Position numbers and translations under genes: made by a program. Positions 1 through 8,373 of a stretch of 28,778 nucleotides of DNA are shown piece by piece. Location of the stretch: contig JAZDKB010000012.1 of assembly GCA_043803405.1 (NCBI GenBank), positions 1 through 28,778 on the forward strand. The letters are read 5' to 3'. How positions within the stretch are numbered: the stretch's first letter is position 1; each line of letters starts with the position of its first letter. Below the pieces are notes generated by a model, which saw nothing but the letters and a program-made list of their open reading frames with translations, was not told the DNA's origin and made no database searches. The stretch is from Spirochaetota bacterium (lineage in GTDB: Bacteria; Spirochaetota; UBA4802; JAFGDQ01).

Positions 1-187
1 CTCATGCTAAATATAACTTCTGAAATTCCTGCTCCGGATTAAATCCTCCGGCTCGCTACGCTCGCCACCTCCTTTATTAAAGGAGGTTTGAAAGCTTTTT
101 ACCCCCTTTTTTTAAAGGGGGTTAGGGGGATTTTCATCCCAAATCCCTAAATTCAATCGGCTTCACCTTAGCATGAGACAGCCCTGC
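1..187. mobile_element. MITE/REP-like palindromic element, left end truncated by the window edge
   Basis: Terminal inverted repeat CTCATGCTAA (1-10) / TTAGCATGAG (168-177) continuing ACAGCCC. Internal hairpins CCTCCTTTATTAAAGGAGG and CCCCCTTT..AAAGGGGG. Bases 32-187 recur inverted at 28623-28778 with 2 mismatches. Confidence 0.8.
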
Positions 188-338
188 GGGCCATCACGCA
201 GCAAATCATATCTGATTTTTTAAAGTCATCCAGTATAACTCCTCTTTATTTTTTCCTGAAATCATCGGATTATTATTTTAAAATTTATACATCTGTTTTT
301 AGCTTGAAATATTCGCGTTTTTAACAAAGCTTACAATT

Positions 339-2354
339 ATGAAAAATAAAAAGTCAATTAATCCCGTCAATATGTCTGATAAACAAATTAGAAAAAAGCC
401 GGTATCTACATCTAAAAAAAGCACAGATAAAATAAAGGGCAAATTGCGGTATGATTCAGATAAAGCTAAAGGCAGGGGGAAAGCCAGTGCCGTTATAGTG
501 AAGCGTAAAAGCGCTAAAAAAGCCGTCAATGCTTCGGAAGATATGTTCAGGGAACTGGCTGAAAAGTCCCTTGCAGGTATTTATATAATACAGGACGGTT
601 TTTTTAAATACGCCAATCCCAGGTTTGCCGAGATATTCGGTTATACTGTTGATGAAATAGAAAACAAAATGCGTCCGGAGGATATGGTTTTGCCGGAAGA
701 CTGGCCTGTTGTCAGCGGGAATATCCGAAGGAGGCTGACCGGCAAGGCTGTTTCAATTCATTATGAGTTTATAGGGATTAAAAAAAACAGGGAACCTGTC
801 AGTATTGAAGTCTACGGATCAAGGGTAATGTATCATGGAGAGCCCGCTGTTATGGGGACATTGCTTGATACTACAAAAAGAAAACTGGCAGAGGAAAAAT
901 ACCGCAGTATATTTGAAAATTCAGTTGAGGGTATTTTTCAGTGCACCCCGAATGGACAGTTTATTGTAACAAACCCTGCCTTTGCGGAAATGCTGGGATA
1001 CGGCTCTGCGGAAGAAGTTATATCTGTGCTTACGGATATATTGCAATTATACGCTGATCCTTCGAGTTATTCGGATTTTATGAATATTTTAAGGAGAGAA
1101 GACCTTGCTGTCGGATTCGAATGTGAATTCTTTAAAAAAAGTAAGGAAAGAATATGGGTATCGATTAATGCCCGCGCTGTCCGCGAAATAGACGGTTCAA
1201 TTCAGTATTATGAGGGCAGCGTTGAAGATATCACTGAAGAAAAAAAGGCAAAAGATGAGCTTCGCCGGTTGAATGAATTTAACACTGCTATTATTGAAAA
1301 TGCTCCCGTAGCAATATTCGTTCTGGATAAAAACGGCGTTGTTAGAAGCGTTAATCCTGCTCTTGCTATAATATCCGATCTTGGGCTGCGAGTTGAAGAA
1401 AAATTAATAGGATTTAACTGGCTTAAAAATCCGTATACTATAAAATGCGGTCTGGCCCGACAAATTGAAAAGGGTTTGCAGGGTGAACCATTCCAGTTAT
1501 GGGACTTTCCTTTTATTACTTTCCGCGGCGACAGGAATCTTTATATGGATTTTAAAGGAGTTCCTCTAAAAGGAAAGGGTGGGAACATAGAAGGACTGCT
1601 TTGCATAATTGAAGAAACCACCGACCGCGTAAAAATAAGGGCAAAGCTGATGCAGGAAGCGCGGATGGCTGCAATAGGTAAACTGGCAGCAGGTATTGCC
1701 CATGAGCTGAACAATCCGCTTGCAACACTTGTAGCTCATTCTGAGCTTGCCGGTCACTGCCTGGAAGCCCTTCGGAAAAATAAAAAAGAGCAACCTGTGC
1801 TGGAAGAGCTTAAAGGTTATCTTAATATAATCGAGACACAGGCATTCCGCTGTAAAAATGTAACAAGCGATATATTGAGCCTGCCATGGAAAGAAGGACT
1901 TGAATTAAAAAGCGTGGATATTAATAAACTTATTGATAATGTTCTGGAATTTGGAAATATTGATCAGCCCGGCATTAAGATTGTAAAAGAACTCGGTTCG
2001 CCTCTTCCTTATGTCAGCGGAGATATCGGGGCATTGCGCCAGGTTTTCGTGAATCTGATAAACAATGCATCGGACGCAGTTGAAGGGAGAATGGACGCTA
2101 CAATATGGATAAGAACAAAAACAGAACACGGCCTTGTTCTGATAGAAATAGAAGATAACGGCAGCGGTATTCCGGACACGATCGCAGAAAAAATATTTGA
2201 GCCTTTCTTTACAACAAAGGAATCAAAAAGAGGGATAGGCCTGGGATTATCGCTTTGTCATGAATTTATAACTCATATGGGCGGAACTATTACTGCAGAA
2301 AGCCAGCCCGGAAGCGGGGCCAGGTTTGTTATTTCCCTTCCTGCGGAAAATTAA
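339..2354 (+). CDS. Cytoplasmic PAS-domain sensor histidine kinase (3 PAS, HisKA, HATPase_c; NtrB-like)
   Basis: 671-aa ORF with three PAS/PAC-like segments ([36 protein letters not shown]), H-box [11 protein letters not shown]-box [11 protein letters not shown]-boxes [20 protein letters not shown]. No TM segment. Lys-rich N-terminal ~65 aa; exact start uncertain. Confidence 0.93.
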   Translation: MKNKKSINPVNMSDKQIRKKPVSTSKKSTDKIKGKLRYDSDKAKGRGKASAVIVKRKSAKKAVNASEDMFRELAEKSLAGIYIIQDGFFKYANPRFAEIFGYTVDEIENKMRPEDMVLPEDWPVVSGNIRRRLTGKAVSIHYEFIGIKKNREPVSIEVYGSRVMYHGEPAVMGTLLDTTKRKLAEEKYRSIFENSVEGIFQCTPNGQFIVTNPAFAEMLGYGSAEEVISVLTDILQLYADPSSYSDFMNILRREDLAVGFECEFFKKSKERIWVSINARAVREIDGSIQYYEGSVEDITEEKKAKDELRRLNEFNTAIIENAPVAIFVLDKNGVVRSVNPALAIISDLGLRVEEKLIGFNWLKNPYTIKCGLARQIEKGLQGEPFQLWDFPFITFRGDRNLYMDFKGVPLKGKGGNIEGLLCIIEETTDRVKIRAKLMQEARMAAIGKLAAGIAHELNNPLATLVAHSELAGHCLEALRKNKKEQPVLEELKGYLNIIETQAFRCKNVTSDILSLPWKEGLELKSVDINKLIDNVLEFGNIDQPGIKIVKELGSPLPYVSGDIGALRQVFVNLINNASDAVEGRMDATIWIRTKTEHGLVLIEIEDNGSGIPDTIAEKIFEPFFTTKESKRGIGLGLSLCHEFITHMGGTITAESQPGSGARFVISLPAEN

Positions 2355-2390
2355 TAGAAAAAATTTTATTCGAATGATTATATTATTATA

Positions 2391-2683
2391 CTATAGTATT
2401 TTAAAGTACATTCTGCTTGCCTCGACTCCGCTCGGCAAGCGGAAAAATCGCACCCAGAGCGAAGAGGCTGTGTGAGAAAATGAATACCTTTGCTGCTACG
2501 GCCCCCTAAATCCCCCTTGAGGGGGACTTTTAACTTTTTTTATTGAGAAAGGCTTGTGCTTTTTTGTTTTTAAGTCCCCCTCAAGGGGGATTTAGGGGGG
2601 CCGGGAGCATAAAAGCCTTACTTTTCACATAGTCTCGAAGTCGGAGGGTGCATGGAATGTAAATCATTTCGTTAACCGCTATA
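2391..2683. repeat. Outer REP-like palindromic element interrupted by a nested MITE
   Basis: Ends CTATAGTATTTT (2391-2402) and AACCGCTATA (2674-2683). Internal CTCGACTCCGCTC ... GAGCGAA|GTCGGAG pairing and GCACCC/GGGTGC arms are split by the 2464-2636 insert. Confidence 0.55.
2464..2636. mobile_element. Non-autonomous MITE (~173 bp) carrying a long internal inverted repeat
   Basis: Imperfect TIRs GAGGCTGTGTGAGAAA / TTTTCACATAGTCTC, flanked by a GAA duplication (2461-2463, 2637-2639). Internal ~30-bp inverted repeat GGCCCCCTAAATCCCCCTTGAGGGGGACTT (2500-2529) / 2572-2602. Confidence 0.75.
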
Positions 2684-2698
2684 AAATGGAGATTATAA

Positions 2699-4051
2699 AT
2701 GATCCGTGTTCTTATAATTGATGATGAGCTTCAGCTTACCGAGGCTTTTAAAACGCAGTTAAATAAAGAAGGTATGGATGTGTCTGCCTGCCCATCTGCT
2801 GCCGAAGCAATCGCAATTATGAAAAAGCAAAGATTCGATGTAGCAGTACTTGACATTAAGCTTCCTGATATAAACGGCGTTGAGTTTCTTTTAAAGCTGA
2901 AAAAAACAGAGCCCGACATGGAAGTTATCATGCTTACGGGTTTCGCTTCAGTGGACACTGCGATTCGGTCTATGAAGCTCGGCGCTTACGATTACCTTAC
3001 AAAGCCGTGCAAAATATCGGAGCTCCATAAAGTAATATTAAAAGCTTATGAAAAAAAGAGTTTGCAGGAAAAGAATATTGTCCTCAAAGAACACATCCAG
3101 AGAATCGGGCACCATGATGATTTCATCGGCGAAAGCAAAGAAATAAAAAAAATTAAAAAGCTCATATCACTTGTTGCTGATTCAAACATGCCAGTGCTTA
3201 TACTCGGAGAAACAGGCACAGGCAAAGAGCTTACGGCGCGCGCCATACATGAACAAAGCAAGCGGGCGGGAAACCCGTTTGTCGCTATTAACGCAGCTTC
3301 ACTTCAGGAGAGTATACTGGAAAGCGAACTCTTCGGATATAAGAAGGGAGCATTTACAGGCGCGCAGAATAACAAGCTTGGTCTTCTGGAAATAGCGAAC
3401 AACGGCACTCTTTTTGTAGATGAAGTAGGCGATATGGGGCTGGCAATTCAATCTAAAATGTTAAGAGTTGTTGAGACAGGCACTTTTATGAAACTGGGAG
3501 ATACGAAAGAAATAAAAGTAAACATACGATTTATTTTCGCTACGAACAAGGAGCTTGAAAGCGAGATAGAAAGCGGTAAATTCCGCAAAGATCTTTTTTT
3601 TAGAATGAATGCTTTTGTAATTAATCTTCCGCCGCTTAGAGAAAAGAAAAAAGATATCCCTTACCTTGCAAATTATTTTCTGGAAAAATTTTCCGGAGGA
3701 GGAAAAAGGAAAAGCTTTTCTTCGGATGCGCTTAAACTATTGACGTCCTATGACTGGCCCGGTAACGTAAGAGAGCTTGCTAATGTAATTGAGCGTTCAG
3801 TGCTGTTGAGTGCCAAAAGGGACGAAATACTCATAAGCGATTTCCCGGAAGGAATGCTGAAACCGTCACCTAAAGCTGAAGAAAGCAAAAGAGTTAAAAT
3901 AAAAAATGACATTATGAAACTTACCAATCTGGAACAGGATCATATAAAAAAAGTACTGGATTCCGTAGGCGGCAACAAGAGCAAAGCTGCAAGTCTTTTA
4001 GGCATAACAAGAAAGACGCTTTACAGCAAGATAGGCAAAAACATAAAGTGA
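2699..4051 (+). CDS. Sigma-54-dependent response regulator (NtrC/AtoC family: REC, AAA+, Fis HTH)
   Basis: Receiver with IIDDE and AVLDIKLPD, Walker A GETGTGKE, ESELFGY-x3-GAFTGA, FVDEV Walker B, WPGNVREL, C-terminal GGNKSKAASLLGITRKTLY HTH. Confidence 0.96.
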   Translation: MIRVLIIDDELQLTEAFKTQLNKEGMDVSACPSAAEAIAIMKKQRFDVAVLDIKLPDINGVEFLLKLKKTEPDMEVIMLTGFASVDTAIRSMKLGAYDYLTKPCKISELHKVILKAYEKKSLQEKNIVLKEHIQRIGHHDDFIGESKEIKKIKKLISLVADSNMPVLILGETGTGKELTARAIHEQSKRAGNPFVAINAASLQESILESELFGYKKGAFTGAQNNKLGLLEIANNGTLFVDEVGDMGLAIQSKMLRVVETGTFMKLGDTKEIKVNIRFIFATNKELESEIESGKFRKDLFFRMNAFVINLPPLREKKKDIPYLANYFLEKFSGGGKRKSFSSDALKLLTSYDWPGNVRELANVIERSVLLSAKRDEILISDFPEGMLKPSPKAEESKRVKIKNDIMKLTNLEQDHIKKVLDSVGGNKSKAASLLGITRKTLYSKIGKNIK

Positions 4052-4125
4052 TATTTTATTGTAAAAATATCTCCAGCGTTCGTATTTAAAAGTAATCCAA
4101 TTAAGCTAGCTATTTATTATACATA

Positions 4126-4144
4126 TTGTATCCTTTCTATACAA
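4126..4144. promoter_or_regulatory. Candidate upstream activator sequence for the sigma-54 activator
   Basis: Palindrome TTGTAT-N7-ATACAA (TGT-N11-ACA form) about 200 bp upstream of the -24 element. Confidence 0.45.
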
Positions 4145-4345
4145 ATTCCATCATTTTACATCATTCATTAAGACAGTCATGAGGTCGGAATTACTTCTAT
4201 CTATGGCTGTTTGTCTCTATATTTAATCCAATCCATCATTAAATTATTCGGTTTCATCATCGGTCTTTCAGGAAATATGGCTTAAAACAATAAAAATTAT
4301 TTTTTTGCAATATCATATAAAGGAAAATCGCATTATCCGGACATC

Positions 4346-4362
4346 CTGGCACATATATTGCT
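4346..4362 (+). promoter_or_regulatory. Sigma-54 (-24/-12) promoter
   Basis: CTGGCAC-ATATA-TTGCT matches the TGGCAC-N5-TTGC consensus, ~100 bp upstream of the ligase gene and directly downstream of a sigma-54 activator gene. Confidence 0.88.
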
Positions 4363-4462
4363 AAATATATTATCAGCATTAAATAAAAAAATAAGCAATA
4401 TGTATCGTTTCCAAAGTAGTTACTGCGAATAGAAACATAATGCTGATAATATGGAGGTAATT

Positions 4463-6319
4463 ATGTCCTTAAATAATCAATGGATACAACCTGAAGTCGA
4501 AGTAGTAAAAGCAGCAGATGGAGCTCAGTTAATACAAAATAAGGTTCCTCTTGCGCCTTATCCTAATAACCTGGGTGAATGGCTTCGTTCTCACGGTAAA
4601 AACTATCCGGATAAAAATTTTTTACTCGAACGGAATTCGGAGGGTAAATGGGATAGTGTGACTTATGGCCAGGCGCTGGCTATGGTGAACCAAATCAGTA
4701 ATAAGCTTGTTGAATTAAACCGGTTTACAGCCCGGCCTGTTGCACTCTTGTGTGAAAATTGCATTAAAATGGCACTGGTACAGCTTGCAGCCATGCAGGT
4801 AGGAATACCGGTTGTTCCAATCAGTTATGCATATTCAGTTCGATCCGAAACCGGTTCGTTGGTAAAACATATTCTGGATGTTTCCAAGTCATCCATACTT
4901 GTTATGTCCGATGCACGCATTCACATGACGAAACTTAAACAATGGAATACAGGCGATTTGCAGATGTTCGCATTTACAAACAGCGAATTATTCAACAATG
5001 TTCAGCCATTAGAGTCTTTATTGACAGGAAGCAATAAGCTTACATCAGCTGCACAGGAACTGTTTAATAATGTTACACCTGACACCCTTGCAAAAATTCA
5101 GTTTACATCAGGATCGACAAATCTGCCAAAGGGCGTTCAGGTAACTCATGGGATGCAACTCAGCAATCAAACAGGGATGGCTCAAATGTGGCCGTTCTTA
5201 ACTAAAAATGAAGTTATGCTCGACTGGCTGCCGTGGAATCATACTTTCGGCGGAAACTTTGTATTTAATCTGGCATTGATGCATGCTACGACTTTTTATA
5301 TCGATAACGGCAATCCGACTCCGCAGGGACTTAAAAACACAATACAAAATATAAAGGATGTATCGCCTACAATATATTTTTCAGTGCCGCGCGGTTATAC
5401 GGCTCTTCTTGCTGCAATGAAACAGGATGAGGAATTAAAAAAAGCTTTTTTTAAAAATTTGAAATTCATGTTCACCGCAGCTGCAGCCCTGGATCAGAAC
5501 ACCTTTAACACTCTGCACACAATGAGTTCAGAAGTGCGCGGAGAACCTGTTCCTTTCTTTGCAGGCTGGGGAAGCACGGAAACCTCTCCTGATTCGACAT
5601 TGGTTTACTGGCATACAAAAGAGGCAAAGGTAATCGGGTTGCCGATTCCCGGAGTAAAAATAAAACTGGTAGATGATCCTTCCGGAAAGAGGGAACTGCG
5701 TGTTAATGGGCCGAATGTTACCGCCGGTTATTATAATAACCCGGAAGCTACGGCAAAATCGTTTGATAAGGAAGGTTATTTTGTCACAGGTGATGCGGGT
5801 GCATTTCTGGACAATAATAAACCTGCGGCAGGACTGATTTTTGACGGCCGGATAGGGGAAGATTTTAAATTAAACACCGGCGTATGGGTAAACAACGGTC
5901 AACTACGCAACAGCATAAATGAGATCGGACAGCCTTTTTTACTGGAAGTAGTCCCTGCTGCGCCTAATAAAGAATATTTATCCGCGCTTGTTTTCCCAAA
6001 TAGTCCGGCGCTACGAAGCCGTTTTTCAGAAGCATCGCAAAAACATTCGGATGAAGAAGCTTTTCTTAAAAGTCCGGATGTTGTAAACTATTTCCATATT
6101 GTTTTTTCTAAGCACAATACAAAGGGTAACGGTAACGGCAGCAGCGGGAAAATTGAGCGCTTTACAATTTTAACAACTCCGCCGCGCCTTGATAAAAATG
6201 AGACAACGGACAAAGGGTATATTAACCAAAGTGCTGTTCTAAACCACCGTTCGGAAATTGTGGAACGGCTTTATATGGATAAATTGCCGGATGATGTTTA
6301 TGTTGTGGATGCTAACTAA
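4463..6319 (+). CDS. fcs: Feruloyl-CoA synthase-like acyl-CoA ligase (AMP-binding family)
   Basis: AMP-binding motif FTSGSTNLPKG, family-typical LDWLPWNHTFGGN, GWGSTET, TGD, FDGRIGEDFKL and C-terminal ETTDKGYINQ. GGAGG RBS favours ATG 4463 over 4451. Substrate not provable from sequence. Confidence 0.8.
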   Translation: MSLNNQWIQPEVEVVKAADGAQLIQNKVPLAPYPNNLGEWLRSHGKNYPDKNFLLERNSEGKWDSVTYGQALAMVNQISNKLVELNRFTARPVALLCENCIKMALVQLAAMQVGIPVVPISYAYSVRSETGSLVKHILDVSKSSILVMSDARIHMTKLKQWNTGDLQMFAFTNSELFNNVQPLESLLTGSNKLTSAAQELFNNVTPDTLAKIQFTSGSTNLPKGVQVTHGMQLSNQTGMAQMWPFLTKNEVMLDWLPWNHTFGGNFVFNLALMHATTFYIDNGNPTPQGLKNTIQNIKDVSPTIYFSVPRGYTALLAAMKQDEELKKAFFKNLKFMFTAAAALDQNTFNTLHTMSSEVRGEPVPFFAGWGSTETSPDSTLVYWHTKEAKVIGLPIPGVKIKLVDDPSGKRELRVNGPNVTAGYYNNPEATAKSFDKEGYFVTGDAGAFLDNNKPAAGLIFDGRIGEDFKLNTGVWVNNGQLRNSINEIGQPFLLEVVPAAPNKEYLSALVFPNSPALRSRFSEASQKHSDEEAFLKSPDVVNYFHIVFSKHNTKGNGNGSSGKIERFTILTTPPRLDKNETTDKGYINQSAVLNHRSEIVERLYMDKLPDDVYVVDAN

Positions 6320-6386
6320 ATTAATAAAAGGTTGTTAACGGACTCCTGAGAAAAATAGATTCCTCGATCGATTTTAGCTTAAACTA

Positions 6387-6453
6387 TTTGAACCCCTGAG
6401 AGGCAATACCTCCCCATATAAAAAATATTGCCATCAGGGGTTCAAACTCTTTT
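6387..6453 (+). terminator. Long hairpin downstream of the ligase gene (terminator or small repeat element)
   Basis: TTTGAACCCCTGA (6387-6399) / TCAGGGGTTCAAA (6434-6446) plus inner GGCAATA / TATTGCC, followed by CTCTTTT. Confidence 0.6.
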
Positions 6454-6582
6454 AAAAAAATTCTATTTCTTAAAAAATATTCTCTTACTAAACGTGCAAA
6501 AAAACTTCCTGACACCATATGATTTTTATCTGAGTATCGTAATGAATATATAATTTTATATTAATACTCGGGTGAATGTTTC

Positions 6583-6611
6583 TTGACTTTTTTCCCCTTG
6601 CTGCTTAATTT
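6583..6611 (+). promoter_or_regulatory. Candidate sigma-70 promoter for the V-ATPase operon
   Basis: TTGACT-17 bp-TAATTT; AT-rich context lowers specificity. Confidence 0.35.
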
Positions 6612-6620
6612 TCCATTTAT

Positions 6621-6782
6621 GGTTCCCTCTAATAATTAAATATTGATGTAACCATTGGCCGCATTTTTGACATCCGTGTCAAATACGGCATGCAAAACAT
6701 CGTGTTTCTTGGAACAAATTGCAGTAAAAATAAGGTTTTTTATTTGATACAACAATAAAAAACCTTATTTTTAGAGGTTCCC
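6621..6782. mobile_element. Degenerate MITE-like element with internal palindromes
   Basis: Imperfect TIRs GGTTCCCTCTAATAA / TTTTTAGAGGTTCCC (11/15). Internal TTTGACA-TCCG-TGTCAAA and a ~20-bp inverted repeat TAAAAATAAGGTTTTTTATT / AATAAAAAACCTTATTTTTA (6725-6773). Confidence 0.5.
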
Positions 6783-6849
6783 TTATTTAATTCTCTCAAT
6801 TATGCTGCCCGTGACGGCAGTTTAAAACATATCTTTTTTATACCCTTAC

Positions 6850-6937
6850 CTGGCTTGTTCGGATAGCCGGTTGCGGGACAGATTGATATTTTTAAGAAGG
6901 TTTCTTGTAAAGCAGTCGGTTTACCAAAATTTTTTTT
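6850..6937 (+). ncRNA. Candidate cis-regulatory RNA (possible Na+-sensing riboswitch-like leader)
   Basis: AGCCGGTTG (6865-6873) can pair with CAGTCGGTT (6913-6921) including tandem G-U pairs. A weak competing hairpin GTAAAGC..GTTTAC precedes a T-tract (6930-6937). Located upstream of a Na+-type V-ATPase. Not verified with a covariance model. Confidence 0.3.
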
Positions 6938-6976
6938 AATAATGGATGATAATTAGACTTGTAGCAGTTCTGATGC

Positions 6977-7047
6977 GTCATTTTGACCGAAAAAGAGAAA
7001 TCCGTTAAAGTTGAGAAATAACTCGCCTCCGGCATCTTCAAAATGAC
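6977..7047. repeat. Degenerate REP-like element (GTCATT..GAGAAATC..AATGAC family)
   Basis: GTCATTTTGA / TCAAAATGAC inverted ends with GAGAAATC at 6995-7002; same architecture as 14009-14091. Confidence 0.6.
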
Positions 7048-7120
7048 AGTCTTTTATCCGGTTTAATTATTCCATTATAAATCAAAACAAAAAATTTCTG
7101 AATTTATATGAAGGGGTAAA

Positions 7121-7732
7121 ATGGAAATTCAGTTAAACGAACTAATCACAAAAATAAAAAAAGACGGCATTGATGAAGCTGAAAAGAAAGCTGCTGAAAT
7201 AATTGATAACGCAGAAAAAGAGGCTTCCGAGATAATTAAAAATGCAAAAAAAGAAGCTTCGGAAATAATATCGAATGCAAAAAAAGAACAGCAGCATTTT
7301 GAGAATACCGGCAGGGAAGCACTTAAACAGGCAGGCCGCGATCTGATTCTCTCAATAAGGGAGAAATTGATTTTAATGTTCGATTCTATAATTAAACAGG
7401 AAGTTTCCGGAGCGCTTACTGATGGAGTGACAGCGGAAATTCTTCCGGTGATTATCAAAAACTGGACGGATAATGGCAAGGATATTGAAGTATTCCTGTC
7501 TAAAGAGGACAGAGTAAAACTTGAAGAAAGTTTATTTAATAAATTAGCCGCTGAACTTAAAAATAATGTAACCGTAAAAGCTCATCCTGAAGTTAAAGCC
7601 GGTTTCAGAGTTACCGAAAAAGACGGCGATCTATATTATGATTTTACCGATTCTGCAATAGCTGAGAATCTTGTGAGGTATTTAAATCCTGTATTGACGG
7701 ATATTATAAAAAAAGCAGCATCGGGGAAATAA
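7121..7732 (+). CDS. ntpE: V/A-type ATP synthase subunit E
   Basis: MEIQLNELITKIKKDGIDEAE start, 11-residue coiled-coil repeats, GFRV..DG..YYDFTD C-terminal motif; first gene of the operon. Confidence 0.9.
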   Translation: MEIQLNELITKIKKDGIDEAEKKAAEIIDNAEKEASEIIKNAKKEASEIISNAKKEQQHFENTGREALKQAGRDLILSIREKLILMFDSIIKQEVSGALTDGVTAEILPVIIKNWTDNGKDIEVFLSKEDRVKLEESLFNKLAAELKNNVTVKAHPEVKAGFRVTEKDGDLYYDFTDSAIAENLVRYLNPVLTDIIKKAASGK

Positions 7733-7733
7733 A

Positions 7734-8270
7734 ATGTCCAAGTATTATTTTGCAGTAGCCTCGCTGCCACATCTGGAATATGATATGGAGAATATCTTTC
7801 CGATTGAACAATTTCTTGAAATATGCGAACGCAATCTTAAGCCTGAACATTTGAATCTGATTAAATCCGCACACCTGGATAATCCTGAACAGCCATTAAC
7901 AAGTAATAAGTTATTGAATGACTGGTTAATATGGGAAAGAAATTTAAGGAACAATCTTGTTCTACTTAGAGCGGAAGATAAAAATGAACTCCCCGAGAAA
8001 TACTTAAGAGAGAATCAGGAAACCCCGCTGAATTACAGATTCATAAGCGAAGCGTATGAAAGCGAATCTCCTTTAAATGCCGAGGAAATTTTATATCTGG
8101 AGAGATGGTCTTTCCTTGATAATATTGAAAGCGGCCATTATTTTGATGAAATAAACCTGATTGTTTATTATATCAAACTGCAGATACTATGGAGAAAACA
8201 TTCCTTAAATAAAGAAAGCGGAACGCGTAAGTTCGGTCAATTACTGGAATTACAAAATATAACAATTTAA
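7734..8270 (+). CDS. DUF2764 family protein (V-ATPase subunit C-like)
   Basis: YYFAVASLPHL N-terminus, RWSFLD..GHYFD..YYIKLQIL C-terminus; position between E and A is typical of this operon type. Confidence 0.85.
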   Translation: MSKYYFAVASLPHLEYDMENIFPIEQFLEICERNLKPEHLNLIKSAHLDNPEQPLTSNKLLNDWLIWERNLRNNLVLLRAEDKNELPEKYLRENQETPLNYRFISEAYESESPLNAEEILYLERWSFLDNIESGHYFDEINLIVYYIKLQILWRKHSLNKESGTRKFGQLLELQNITI

Positions 8271-8373
8271 TATATCAATATTTTATATTATTAGCAATAA
8301 ATAGTATTTTACTGCGGCGAACTATGCACAGGCAGATGCAATTTAGTCGTGAAACAGAGTGGAGAGAAACACA

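Noticed and set aside
6125..6140. GGTAAC tandem duplication near the 3' end of the ligase gene
   Set aside because: In-frame two-codon duplication in a probable loop; too short to indicate phase variation.
7180..7290. Three 11-residue repeats (AxEIIxNAxKE) in subunit E
   Set aside because: Normal hendecad coiled coil of the V/A-ATPase peripheral stalk.
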